Positions 22,816 to 35,875 of a DNA stretch of 64,000 nt are shown here, one piece after another. This DNA is from Eukaryota sp. TZLM1-RC (lineage: Eukaryota > Protista > Metamonada: BaSk clade): the NCBI GenBank assembly GCA_040285825.1, contig JAUPSS010000004.1, forward strand, positions 1,455,485 to 1,519,484, given 5' to 3'. How positions within the stretch are numbered: position 1 is the first letter of the stretch; every line of letters starts with the position of its first letter. The translations under genes were made by a program, and so were the position numbers. The notes under the pieces are model-generated. The model saw only the letters and a list, made by a program, of their open reading frames with translations, did no database searches and was not told where the DNA came from.

Positions 22816-23499
22816 ACAAACATCAAAGGCTGCTTAGACATCTTGAAAAACTCAACTTTGCTATGAGTTCAGCTGATTTCCCTTCTGACAGCCGAAAAAT
22901 CAATTCGAACGCATTTTGAACTACAGTTCACAATTACTGCTTCAACCTCACTAACATAGCTGATGACCTTCAGTTAGTTTCAAAACTGAATGCACTTTTA
23001 GAACAAGATTTCATCGAAACATCAAAAAGGGAGAGGAAGTTTGTGCACCCAGCCTCAGATCTCACTTATGAGTACTTTCCGAAAAACAGTCAGGACGGAG
23101 AACCCTGCAACAAAACGGACCTGATTAACCCATGCCAATAATATTGTCACAACATTTTAAGCAAAGGTGCTCGCTTCTAACATTAACAAACAAGACTACG
23201 AAAGAGAAGGAATTGGCTCAAAGTGGAATTCTCACTGTGACTCCGGAAGATCTTAAAGACTCTAACCCAAGTCTCATTGCAGCCGATGATGTATGGGAAA
23301 GATGGACTGAACTCTGCTCATCAGGTAAGTCAGAGTGTACAAGACATCTAGGAGAACTCGATGCTTTGTTTTCAACAACAACTAATTCCATACTTATGGA
23401 AGAAACTTTGGCAGAACACGACCTTACTGCACAGTTTCTTTCCATTGTAATACCATTGTAGAGTCTATTACCAAAGGACTAACAAAAGATTACCAACAA

Positions 23500-24545
23500 G
23501 AAGTAACTTATGTTCCAAGAATGTTAACCCATTCCAGCTTTTTTTTGATTCAGAAAACTTTAACTATAGTGTTTCCTTAAACCCCTTTTCAAAAATAAAC
23601 CCCTCTGAATATTGGAATATATCATTATTCTGACCATATTTTCCTGGACTCCGCTCCTTTGTAGAAACCATTAATTTGATTGGCTTCCCGCTGTTAGTGC
23701 TAAACTTGCACCATTAACAGAATTAATGAAAGGTATCCTGAACAGAATCTCACTGAAGGAAACCCAGAAAAGAAATTTTCGAAATATTATGAAGATGATT
23801 ATAAAAAGTACTCCACTTGAGCTCCCTGATGCAAACTCTGATATACTTGTATTTACCGATACCTCTGAGAAAGGCATAGCCGGACTTATTTGGAAAGACT
23901 TAACCCCATCTGAACCTGGAACTTGCTTATCTAAACGTCATGTAGCACCTATCTTGTTTTATTCCAGAATCGCAACTCCTGCTCAACAACATTGGTCCAC
24001 GATGCAAAAAGAACTATTTGCCATCGTTATGACTCTTAACCAACCGAATGTATCATCTTTCCTGCAAACGAAACATTTAACGTTATTCTGCGATCATAAG
24101 CACTTGTCAGGCGTCCATGTAGATAGACCAAGTAATAATTGGGATGATAAACCGGAAAAGAAGAAAAGAAAGACCAAAATACTAAAGCAAATCTCAAAGG
24201 GGAAGATTTTTGCATTTCACTTCATGAAGACAACAGAAGACATTATCATTCTGAAAAACACAAAGGCTTACCCGCTAGTCTTCGAAAAGCTTCCGCTTTA
24301 GTGAAGGCTTCCTACAACATTTCACGCTATTTTGGATATCTTTGATGGTCAAGCCATTATCTTATGGTCTGATGGAACTAAAACGACCCAGCCAAAAGCT
24401 ACAGTCAAGAAAACTACTGCTTATCAAAGTTATATGAAAATGATGAATTTCGACAAGCCCCGAAGAAGAGGCAGACGGAAGAAGAGGTAGTGTAGACTTT
24501 AAAACAAATTAACAACAAAGACACAGAAACATGTAGACATTACAG
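23500..24545 (+). mobile_element. Second gypsy family relic: RT end, RNase H, deletion, chromodomain-like integrase tail, PPT, LTR start
   Basis: DWLPAVSAKLAPLTELMKG; VFTDTSEKGIAG; WSTMQKELFAI; CDHK; then HAILDIFDGQAIILWSDGTKTTQP...KPRRRGRRKKR* with a purine tract abutting TGTAG at 24491. Confidence 0.8.
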
Positions 24546-24979
24546 ACACATGTAATCGGATCTTTCTTGACCATAATCAACATCAAACAGTTAAAAACTG
24601 AATAATTAATGATTACTCAGTCGTTTTGTGTTTATGAATAGAGACTCTAAATAAAGAGAATTACTCCCAATATTTGGTAGAGACACTTTTGAAAGTTGTG
24701 AATAACTAAACTATGACTGGGAAAAAACATGTTGTTGGAATAATGAATTAACATTGAAAATCAAACAATTCGTAAAAACTACAGAAAAATCAAATTTCCA
24801 AAAGTTAATCAAATAAGTAAAAGTTATTTCATTGAATTTTGGAAAAAAAATAAAACAAAAATAATTAGAATGTCATCACAAAATGCGAAAAGAATGCAAA
24901 TTAAGTTTGAACAACAGCAATTACTTGGAAATTTTCCAATAAAAACCCAATTTTGCTAGATTAACAATGAATTCAAAAA
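24182..24979 (+). repeat. About 0.8-kb dispersed duplication, copy 1 (copy 2 at 31350-32143)
   Basis: Direct sequence match; central part almost identical, flanks more diverged. Confidence 0.9.
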
Positions 24980-26304
24980 TTGGATTAAGTTTAAATTTAC
25001 CAAAAACAAAGATTTTTCAAAATAATGAGAATTTCATGTGTTTAGGTAGTCCGATTGGTACAAATGAATATGAAAGTCAGTTCTTTGATGATAAAATAAG
25101 GAATGACCTTATCCCCAAATTAAATTTACTAAAGGAACTACCAATTCAGAATCAATAATTACTTTTTAAGTATTGCATTAATTCTATTTTGATGTATTGG
25201 GCTTGTACCATTCCAATTGACAATACAGTTCTTGGTTTTCATCTAGAGAAAGCTGAATTTTTTAATTCTTTTAATCTTATTAGTTTCCAAGAAATTAAAT
25301 TTAAAAGTTTATTTTTTATTCCTTTGGAGTAGAGTGGACTAGGTTTTCAAGACCTTTCAGTTGTAGCTAACATTGCTTATTCATGTTCACTATATTCTTC
25401 TGTCAAAGATTTCAATTTGCTGCATTTTGTCACAAATTCCGACTTAGACCTCATCTATTCTACTTTAAATCCACAATTTGTAGGATATGAGTCTATTTGG
25501 GATGAAGACATAATAATTTCTCAATCAAAATTAACAAAGGAATTTTATAAAAATGAAATGAATTCTCTTCAAAAAACAATGTCTGATATGGAAAAATTAC
25601 AATTAGAAGCTAATTGTTCTGAACTTTCAGGTAGTTTTTGGAATGCATTACCTTTTAATGCAAATTTCACTTTTTCTGATGAATTCATGTCTTATTTTCT
25701 GAATCTTCGATTAATTTTTAATATTTTTTATCATCAGTGTCCCAGATGTGGGACATACAAATCTCGGTTTAGACCATAGTTTTCAATGTAAAGGTGTTTC
25801 ACGATGCATTAAAAACAGACATGATGAAGTCAGAGATTATTTATTAAATATCTCCAAATATGAAAAGGAAAAGGAATTTGAAATTGGTTTGAAAAAATTT
25901 TATTTAGATTTATTTGATCCCAAAACCAAAATTGCGTTTGATATTACAATAGTTGGTGGTTTTGGAAATAAATGGCAAGATGCTTACTCTCAAGCGTTTT
26001 CTACTAAAATAAGGAAATACAGTATTCTAAAAGAATACAATTTATTTTCAGAAATTGTTCCTTTAGTATTTAATGTCCATGGGGGTTGGTACAACAAAAT
26101 TAAAGAAACATTTAAACGTTTTGGTTGGATTGAGCTTTGTAGTGAAATTAGTTGTATAATTCAGAAAAATAGTTTTAGATGTAATCAAGCATTTAATTCT
26201 ATTCTTCAAAGAATTCATGAAGCTCGTAGGTTTTGGTAGTTTATGTTGTTTTATTATTTACTTTTATAGTCTTTTCGTTCTTTTTTTAGAAATTCAATAA
26301 AGAC
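24967..26304 (+). mobile_element. 5'-truncated CRE-like non-LTR retrotransposon (distinct family) with RLE
   Basis: IGLSLNLPKT and LGSPIG (RT thumb); CPRCG..HSFQC; RHDEVRD; YLDL..AFDITI; KIRKY; PLVFNVHGGW; AATAAA at about 26296. Confidence 0.85.
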
Positions 26305-26674
26305 CTAATCATACCAATGACCATTCAATCAATCATACCATTGACTACTGAAATTACCATAGCAAAGACTTTAACACCACAATTGTTATAATAATTGCCC
26401 CAAAATGGACTTTAAAGATTTAACCAATGATTGTAATAAACAACTATTGGTCAATGTACGAAACTAAGAACTTCATATGAGCCTCAGTAAATCGTATCAA
26501 AACGATACTCTTACACTTACAGCAGTGATTGTATTAGTTTGCAACATTCAATTATATACTTTTTGATTTTTTACTATTTTTACTATTTAATGGTTAAAAA
26601 CTAATACACTCAATTAATTCAAATATATACAAAATCAATTGAAAATGTAATCATGAGTTTGTACTGATCAAGTA
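26305..26674 (-). repeat. Orphan partial, diverged, inverted monomer of the 461-bp satellite
   Basis: Reverse complement aligns to about 370 bp of the unit at 52796-64000. Confidence 0.93.
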
Positions 26675-26680
26675 TGTACT

Positions 26681-29167
26681 GTGGATTATTTCACTTTCCA
26701 AACTTCGTTATCTGATTGTGAGATGCCCGACACTCCTGGTGCATTCGTAAATATTACCCCTGAACAACTTGAGCTTCTCTATCAACTGATTAAGAAACCT
26801 CACTTTGGATTTGCGATTGCACAAACATCAGGCACATCCACTGCTTCATCTTTTAGACAGCTATTAAACATTGTATCTCGGCACTTTTTGGACACTGAAA
26901 CTCCATGAGGGGAAATTTTAAGTGACTCTGAGTTACTTCTGCTCTGTGGTTCAGACGTTAGATGTAAAGTGGTGCTATAGAGACCAGATCCAATATCAAC
27001 ATCAGCCACCATATCGAACGATCCACTTTGGAGATATCCACACATCAAAGATAAATCTCCATATCATTCCTTGCTCAATTGTATTCATGAACTACAAGCA
27101 AATCAAGAACTGCTCAGCATGTATCATTCAAACGTGGTACCCTTTATTGGTTCAACCGGTGTTGGTAGGTTTTTAATCTATACTTATTCGAGGTAAGACT
27201 CGCACACTGTTAGAGATTTGTAGGAAAGAGATGGGCAATGGTTGTGTCACCACTTATGCTGCTTTTCGAAGAATTGATTTAGATGTAGTACTGACGTCTT
27301 GACCTTTATCTTCACAGAATTTGCTTCATTGGTTTCGCAGTGTTCTTGAAATGTCTTCCAGATTTTCATTCCCAATTGAAGATCTGTCTGTACCTCTTTG
27401 CCAAGTTTTTATAGTTTCTATATTCGAAGCAGGAACTATTCCCGGTCCAACTGAAACATGTGAAAGTTGGTTAAATTATCACGAATCACTTTCTTCTATC
27501 TGCTCTCACAATTGGGAAAAAGTTTCCAAGCAGTTTTCCAATAATTCTGATTGTTCATTTAGTAGAATGACTGACTTCGTTGTTGATAATTTTGCTCTTT
27601 CAGAAATTCAGTCGCCAAAGTATCTTTTACTGATGGATGAAGTCGGTAGCCTCGTTAAACTCCATATTAATCAATTACCAACTTGGAATTTATATAGAGC
27701 TTTTCGTCATACCGCCAGAAATCTTTTTACATTACTAATTCGAAAAAATTGTCATTTTGTTGTTGTTGTTGTTTCTGGAACTCATACATCTCTTTCGTTT
27801 CTATAACGTTTGAGTTTCTATCATTTCACCTCACGTGAAACGGGCAACCGACCAGAAGCTCTCCCATCATATGCAATCACCCAAGTTCTTCAAGGTGCTA
27901 CTATTCCCGCTGTTCCTGTCACTCTGCAGCAATTACATCCTCGACGCATTTTGGAAGGAAAGATTGAGATTAAAAGAAGTGATATATTTGATGATCTTCC
28001 ACTTGATTTGGCTTTATCCTTCAGACCACTTTGGATTAGTTACTATGCTGTTGATAAAATAAACTGGCTTCGTAATGTTTATAACAAGGTGGATTCTGCT
28101 CTCACCTTGTTTGGTAAAAAGTTTCCACAATTCTCGGTTCATGATGGTCCCTGTATTGCTGCCTGATTATTGATTTGCGGATCTGTTACCTCTATTCCTG
28201 AGGTATTCTCAGCCTCCTTGTGGAATGTTCCTTTGGGAATATTGAGGCGAAGCAGTATCAAGGTATTGGTAATTCTGATCTTCTTTTTTCTTTCTCGTCC
28301 AGTTTTAGATCCCTTGGTTTTTGCATCTTGTTGGGCCAAAGTTCTCAGTACTGTTGAGGAAGATTCTAATCTTTTTGATTCCAGTTAGAGGCAGTGTCTA
28401 AGATAATGTTGTTTAGTGGAATGGATTCCACTGCTTTGGATCATATTTTTGAATCATTATCTACTTGCGCCTTCCTAAGGTTGATTGCATCAAAACGTCC
28501 AAAGGTTAGTACATAACCCGTGCGATTAAATAATGCTCCACTGAAAGAGGTACTTTGTTCAGAACTAGTCAATTCCTTTGCATTTCCTGACCCTCAGCAT
28601 TGTAGTTTTAATTCCTTGTATAATTGGTGTATCAATGCTGATTGCCTTCTTCCTTTTCCACACCCTTGAAAATCTGGTCATGTAGATAAGCTGAAGAGAA
28701 AAGAGTCAGATACTAGACTTTATTTTGAAAAAGCCCTTAAGACATGGTGGACTCTGCGACACGCTTTTATTATGCCCCCTAGCTGGCCGAATGTGGATGT
28801 CATAGTTCCAATTGAAAGTTCTGCAGGAGAGTTAGGAATGCTGAAGATTCAAATCAAGTCCCATAAGCCGCGTTCTTTGTTGTCAGATTGTGCTAAATTC
28901 CAAGTGCCGGGAATCAAATCGGTCTCTCTAGGTATAAGTCGAATTGGTGTCAAAGGAATTGCTAATCCTGCATCATTTCGCATTTCCAATGACTGTGGTT
29001 TTGTGTTTTGTGTAGAGAATTTTAAGCGGTTTCGTTCTATTTTTGATTATTTGTATGATTTTCATAAGGGAAACAAAGCAAAAAATGTGAACTTTGTCCA
29101 AGAAGAGATCCATATTGACCTCATCACCAAACTCCAAATATATGAGAGAGTGAAAGATAAGTGTTAA
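26681..29167 (+). pseudogene. Crinkler/RHS-type P-loop NTPase + PD-(D/E)xK nuclease pseudogene
   Basis: Walker A GSTGVGKT (after removing 27165-27192); Walker B LLLMDEVG; YRAFRH; VVVSGT; C-terminal WPNVDVIVP...LKIQIK; many stops. Confidence 0.7.
27165..27192 (+). other. Putative 28-nt GT-AG intron inside Walker A
   Basis: Removing gtaggtttttaatctatacttattcgag restores GSTGVGKTRTLL, colinear with NSTGLGKTRFLL in the paralog. Confidence 0.55.
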
Positions 29168-29606
29168 TGGAGATGACTCTTTTTTGATGTCAACAACAAG
29201 TACATCAAAGAAGAATAGTTGATAGAAGATAGTCACAATTCTTTACGAGTGTTGTAAGAATCAAAGAAGATGGGCATGTAAGAAGGTTCTTGTAACTGTT
29301 ATCACATACATTCAAGACGCTCAGTGCTTCAGTCTTCCACTATGTGAGACCAAACGTAATGGATTCCAATCCTGGAAATTTGAGAATGAAGATACTTTAT
29401 CTGCAACGATGCTACCCAAGACATTGAGTCAAGAATCTATTCTATCACAGGACGACGAAAGTAATTCGTTCTCTGAGGCTTTATCTGTTGTCTCCCGCTC
29501 TGAAACCGATTCTTCTGTGACAGAACAGATTGAATCGTCTTCTTCAGAGTCGTCGGTTTCCGCGTCTTTCACTGATTGTTGTTGAGTTGATGGTGATCTT
29601 TACGAC

Positions 29607-31349
29607 ATGCTTTGTACAAAGGTTAAGGTAGGTCTGCAATATCAACCGGATGGACTACCCTATGATGGTATGATTTGGATGTTATTGGAGAGTTCACCTC
29701 ATCTGAACATATTCCGAGACACTTTTCCTCATGATTCTGTATTCTCCTTCCACGACGACTCACTATGGTATACCTCTGATGAAAAAACTGCCAGAATTGA
29801 ACCTATTCGCACCAAAACTGACAGTTCATCAACCAAATCCTCCACTGATCCACTACTTGAGCATAATTATCAGGAAGATTCCAGAGATTTTTTGTTTCAG
29901 AAAGCTGTACGTCAATTTGTGTCAAAAATTTCTGATGAAAAAGCAGATTTTCTAGACAAATACCATTCTCCTATTTTACCAGTTATAAATTCAACTGGAT
30001 TAGGTAAGACCAGATTTTTGCTGAATAACTTAAGACCTGGGCGTAAAATTTCTTCATACTTTTGTTTTCCTCGCTACGACGGTAATTTACAAGTCAACAC
30101 CTGGCTTCCAACAATTTCCTGGGAGGAATTTAATTTTGTTTTCAAAAGACACATTGACGAAGTGACCCAGGGTGTTCTTTTTTATCAATGCTTCTTACTA
30201 GCTCTTGCAGCTGATAAATTTTTTCACCCATCAAAAAAACAATCAGAGTCAGATTCGAAGACTTCTTTCTTTACCCAGATCATCAGAATGCGATTGGAAG
30301 ACCCAGTTTTCGAAAATTATAGAGACAACTCGTGAAGCACCTTTCACAGGGTTTTTATGCTGCTACTATGAAAGTATTTGAAATGTCTGCTATCGATCAG
30401 TTTAAAAATGATGTTGTAGCCTTGGATGAAGTAGGAACTTTGATTTCAAAATCCCTAACTGATTTTTATAATCATTATAGGATTCTTAGATATGCAGCTA
30501 GAAATCTGCTTTCTGCTTGTTTATTTTTGGCTGTGATAGTTACTGGTACTAATTTATCACTAAACTCTTTTGTTTTGGATCCAATTCAGGAACATTTTTA
30601 CAGAATCCAAGCCAGTAAACCTTATTTGTTACTTAATCTTAAAGCTGCAGCAACTTCGCCTCCTTTTCTAGATGTTTTCCATAGAACCAACCCTAAACAC
30701 ACTTTTGGGAAAAATTCTTATCTTTTGGATGGCAATATTGCTCCGCTACTTACCTTGAACCAATGTCTCTCAGCAAGAATCATTTGAACAGCATACGCCT
30801 TTCGCGTTTTGCGTGATTCCAAATGGACCATTAAGACAGTTTATGACTCAATTGGAAACAAAATTCAGTCTGGCCCACGTACGGATTTTTTAAGGAACCC
30901 ACTTCCAATGTTTTGCATTCTGCTCTGGGTCAGAGTGGGATTGTTCCTCTAATCATTCTTTCTGAGTCTGTTGAACATCAATTTACTATTATTCGAACAA
31001 CCAAGGATAATCCTAGAGACTATCCGTTTATGTTTTCCACCGTTGTTTTAATCGACCCTTTAATTATGGCTTATTGTTGGGTCACCATTATTCAACATAC
31101 CAAAGTCCACTTGGATGCTTTTGGTAAGCTACTCCATGTCAACCCGCTGATGTTTCTTTCTAATGATGTGACACCTGGCATATTGCTCGAGCCATTTGTT
31201 TGTCCATTTTTGATTTTCCTTTTAAGGGAGACAACTTCTGATGAAAGTGATTTTAACCTTGTCAAGAGTCTTGTTTATCCTGTACCTGTCACTAATTTAT
31301 TTAAATTTGATCAGTGTACAAGTTACCAGTTGAACACCACCGAGGAATG
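29607..31349 (+). pseudogene. Second Crinkler/RHS-type P-loop NTPase pseudogene, 3'-truncated
   Basis: YHSPILPVINSTGLGKTRFLL, VVALDEVGTL, YRILRYAARNL, VIVTGTN, LIDPLI; frameshifts and stops; cut by the gypsy-derived duplicate at 31350. Confidence 0.72.
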
Positions 31350-32143
31350 CTAAAGCAAACCCGAAAGCGGAAAAAGTTTGCAATTCACTTCATGAAGACT
31401 ACAACAAAAGACATTATCATTCTGAAGAACACAAAGGCTTACCAGCTAGACTTCTAGAAGCTTTCGCTCTAGAGAGCTTCCTACAATATTTGACGCTATT
31501 TTGGATATCTTTGATGGTCAAGCCATTATCTTATGGTCTGATGGAACTCAAACGACCCAGCCAAAAGCTACAGTCAAGAAAACTACTGCTTATCATAGTT
31601 ATATGAAAATGATGAACCTCGACAAGCCCCGAAGAAGAGGCAGACGGAAGAAGAGGTAGTGTAGACTTTAAAACAAATTAACAACAAAGGCACAGAAACA
31701 TGTAGACATTACAGACACATGTAATCGGATCTTTCTTGACCATAATCAACATCAAACAGTTAAAAACTGAATAATTAATGATTACTCAGTCGTTTTGTGT
31801 TTATGAATAGAGACTCTAAATAAAGAGAATTACTCCCAATATTTGGTAGAGACACTTTTGAAAGTTGTGAATAACTAAACTATGACTGGGAAAAAACATG
31901 TTGTTGGAATAATGAATTAACATTGAAAATCAAACAATTCGTAAAAACTACAGAAAAATCAAATTTCCAAATCTTATTCAAATGAGTAAAGGTTGTTTCA
32001 TTGAATATTGCAAATAAATAAAACAAAAAAACAGAATGCCGTCACTAAATGCGAAAAGAATGCAAATTAAGTTTGAACAACAGCAATTACTTGGAAATTT
32101 TCCAATAAAACCCAATTTTGCTAGATTAACATTGAATTCAAAA
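31350..32143 (+). repeat. Dispersed duplication copy 2 (gypsy chromodomain-like tail, PPT, LTR start and flank)
   Basis: Matches 24182-24979; TGTAG starts at 31660. Confidence 0.9.
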
Positions 32144-32989
32144 AGAAATACATTGATAGTAGATCCTAAACAAAAATGACCGTCACACTAAAAAAGGAAT
32201 TGGGGTAGACAAGAGGCAGAGAAAATCAAACACGTATAATAAACTTAGCAAGTATCGGACATTTCATAAAAACGAAATGGATAAACAAACTTAAATTAAA
32301 AGGTTTGAACAAATAGTAGATTAATAAAAACACTGTGGATTATTACAAAAATAAACTGAGTCAATAACCACCTTGATAGGAGGCAAATTAACAAGATTAT
32401 GATAAGATTATTGACCATTTAAATAATGAACAAATCAACCCATTTAGTAACGAACTGTAGCCTAGTCCAGCGTTCGATTCCCAGTGTGGGATAACAATTG
32501 AAAGTGAAGATATAGCAATGGATACAAACAAATCAGGGATTAAAGAACGTAACAAAAGATAAGACAGAAATAGAAGACAATGGATCAACAAGTGAGCTGA
32601 ATTCTGGAGTCAAGGGCCCCTGTAAAGAACGAAGATTAGAGGCAAGCTAAAAAGAAAGAGTGAATGACATAATGAGTAGGAAGAAAAGCGTGGTAAAGGA
32701 AGAATGATGGCATAGTAACAAGGATTTCATCTTTTAATGGAATCAATCAGGGATAACTAAAGAGGAAGGAGCATGTACCTTACTCACACAAGTCGCAAAG
32801 TAATTATGACGTAAATCTTTGTGAAGAAAAAGGAGACAACAAATGATCAAGACATTTGTATCAACCTAGACACGTCAAGCAAAGGTGAACCTAAAAGAGC
32901 GAATGTTGAAAAGTGAAAAGCGTTGATCAACCCTTACCCACCACACCTCTCCTTTATCCCCTATTGAGGACACCTTTTCCTCTGCATCA

Positions 32990-34702
32990 TTGCCATGTGG
33001 TGTTTGGCTCAAGGAGGCCTTGTCCAAACTTGTTTCCCTTCCTTGTGGGCATAACTTTTGCACCATTTGCTTCTTCAAATGGTGTGACGAAACATCCCGT
33101 TCCTGTCCTGTTTGCAGAGGGCTGGTTCCCGAAGTCCCATTCATGACGAACATTCTTTTGACAAATTGTTTTTCCTTTATGAAAAAACTTGAACATGAAC
33201 GATCTGATCTCTTATCGCAATTGACTTTAACCCAAGAACAATTCACGAGAAAATGTGCAGAAATAGAAGAAATAGAAGAAGAAAAGTTCATCTTAAAGGG
33301 AAAATTGAACGAAATGAGTAAAAAATTTGTTCAGTTCAAGAAAAACAATAATAATCAATCAAATAAATTAAAAGCTCAATTGGTTAATGTTCATCAACAA
33401 TTACGTTCAGCTCAAGCTCATCAAGATCAATTACAAGAACGTAATGAATTTCTTTCCACTGAACTTCAAAGAGCTCTTAAAGTTGCTAATTTTGAAGAAT
33501 TAAACCAACGAGAAGCAAAGATTAAGGAATTGGAAGCTGAATTTCAGTCTTTTAAAGCTTCAGTTTTCGAACTTCAAGGGGAATATTCTGGTCTTTGTGC
33601 TGTTTTACAAGCCAACGAAACTGAAATTTTGGATATAAGTAACAAATCAAAAGAAGAAATCAACAAACTTGATCAACAACGATTAGCTGAAATTTCTGTT
33701 TTAGATCACCGTAAACAAGAAGAAATTTCGCAACTAAAGAGTCTTTATGAGAAAAATCTTGACCAAGTTTTTCAACGTGAATCTGAAGGTGTTCAAAAGA
33801 TTTATCATTTAGAGACTGAATTATTAGAGGTTGGTAAATCATTTACGAACGTTAATCACGACTTAATTAATGCTCAAAAAGAACTTGAAAATACTAGAAA
33901 TCTACTCTATTTTTATGAATCAGAAGCAGAATCATTAAAAACCCAATTGGCTTATGTTAATCAACAATTACAAGCCCATCTTGATCATTCAAATCAACGC
34001 ATTAATATACTTCAATCAGAAATTCAAACAAAGATTCATTCTTCGAACTTTGGGGACAATCGGAAAAGAAGAATTGAGAGTGTTCAGTCAAGGAAAAGAA
34101 ACAATAATTCTTCGTTAACTGACATTAATAATAAGAAATTCAATGATTGTTATTTTGATGAGAATTTGGATGGTGGTTTTGAAAATTCGGTAAATGCAGT
34201 TACCTCTGCATGTGCGCCTGAACAAATGTGTCAGGAGGGGCAAAAAAGTTTCAATGATAAAGACCACCAGGAAGCATTTTGTTGGTTTCAAGGAGCAGCT
34301 GAAGCTGGTAATAGAGCTGCTATGTATTATTTAGGCTGTTGTATAAGAAATGGTAAATGTGTTGATCAAGATCATCAACAAGCTTTTCATAAGTTCAAAA
34401 AAGGTGCTGAAGCTGGTAATGCTCGTGCTATGGTTTGTTTAGGTCAATGTTATTGCAATGGTCATGGTGTTGAACAAGACTATTCTCAAGCAGTGTTCTA
34501 CTGCCAAAAAGCTGCTGAATTGGGTGATCGGGATGGAATGTGCAATTTAGGTGTTTTTTATGAACACGGATACAGTGTACCTAAAGACCTTCAGCTATTA
34601 AATGGTACGAAAAGGCCAAGAATGCTGGTTTTTCAAGTGCTACTGAAAGGTTAAAATATTGTAAAAGAAAGCTAGCCAGTTGTTCAAGAAGTAGAAGATT
34701 AT
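32990..34702 (+). pseudogene. RING finger + coiled-coil + SEL1-like repeat protein (probably disabled)
   Basis: PCGHNFCTIC...CPVCR RING with second Cys as Trp (CGVW); long heptads; SEL1 repeats (AMYYLG, AMVCLG, GMCNLG); the ATG at 32903 is followed by an in-frame TGA; last repeat frameshifted (AIKWYEKAKNAG in another frame). Confidence 0.75.
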
Positions 34703-35299
34703 AAAGTACTGTGGTCTATTCAATGAATAACTTTGCTTATTGATGTTACATTTATTTATTTTCAGTTTTAATCAAATATTGTACAAATTAAGAATGATGA
34801 TTAATTAGCATTCAAAAACCAACCAAGACAAACTAAATTGTTGAAAAGAAATGAAATCAAAAAATTGTTGAAAAGAAATTAAATCAAATGATCTCATGAA
34901 TTTAAATCGAGATGAGGCATGTTCTATTTTTGTTTCTTAAACTTTAAAAACATAACTGAAAATCATTGGATTATGGAACCTGCGATCTATTGGACGGTTG
35001 ACAAGTGAGAGTAAGAAGTAGAACACATGTACACCACATGGGAGCTCACCAGTTTTAATAAGGTTGAATTAGATTTAGATTTAGATTGAATAAGAAAAGT
35101 TTTCAATAGTTTACTAGATCTTGATATGCTAGAGTGAAAAGAACTTGAAATTTTGTCTGTGACAGAAACTCATTGTGTTTTGATATTGTTATTGAGATTG
35201 TGATGTCACTTGAACGCTCAAATTAGCAGCTGCGTTTAAATGAAGAGTAAATCCACTCTGAGGTTGTGGAAGAAATGTTTTATAATTTTTATTTCTATA

Positions 35300-35875
35300 T
35301 AGAGGCATTTATTGAGCCATTAGTACGTAAGCTGCCTTCAGATCAAACTGATGATTCCATTGGTAAAAGAAGGGTAGATTCAGTAGCTCCAGGGATCGAT
35401 GGTGTTCTCAATGTTGTAGATGTTGTCTCAGTTGATGTTTGAAAAAATTTTGCTGCTCGTTTAGTGTATTCCGCTAATTCGCCATTATCTAACGCCGAAA
35501 AAAGAAGATAAGAAAATATGAACAACCTTTGGCACAGTTAGATGGAGTGGAACATGTGAAATATCAGTTTGTGCCCTTTGCAATTTCTCTTTTTGGCAAT
35601 ATTGGGCCTTCAGGGTTACACTTTTTGAACATTTCAAAAAAGTGTTACTAAATAGGTCTGGTAAAACAATGAATTCCACTTTCTGGTTAAATAGAATTGT
35701 TTTTTGCATTTTCAACTCTTTCCAACAATGATTTCAAAGGCACTTTTAGCTATCGGTGTAGAATATGAACGTAATGATGTGAGTAGGTTTAGTAATAGTG
35801 ACGCTTGTTTGGAGGATATTGAATTCTAGATGGGTTTTTTTATCTCAATAATTATTCCAGTTTTAAAAATAAATA
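35300..35875 (+). mobile_element. Decayed 3' fragment of RLE non-LTR family A
   Basis: Reverse-complement match to 47004-47579; stops and frameshifts; A-rich end. Confidence 0.9.

Noticed and set aside
32144-32900. Purine-rich stretch resembling a decayed non-LTR C-terminus
   Set aside because: Only vague motif similarity across many stops
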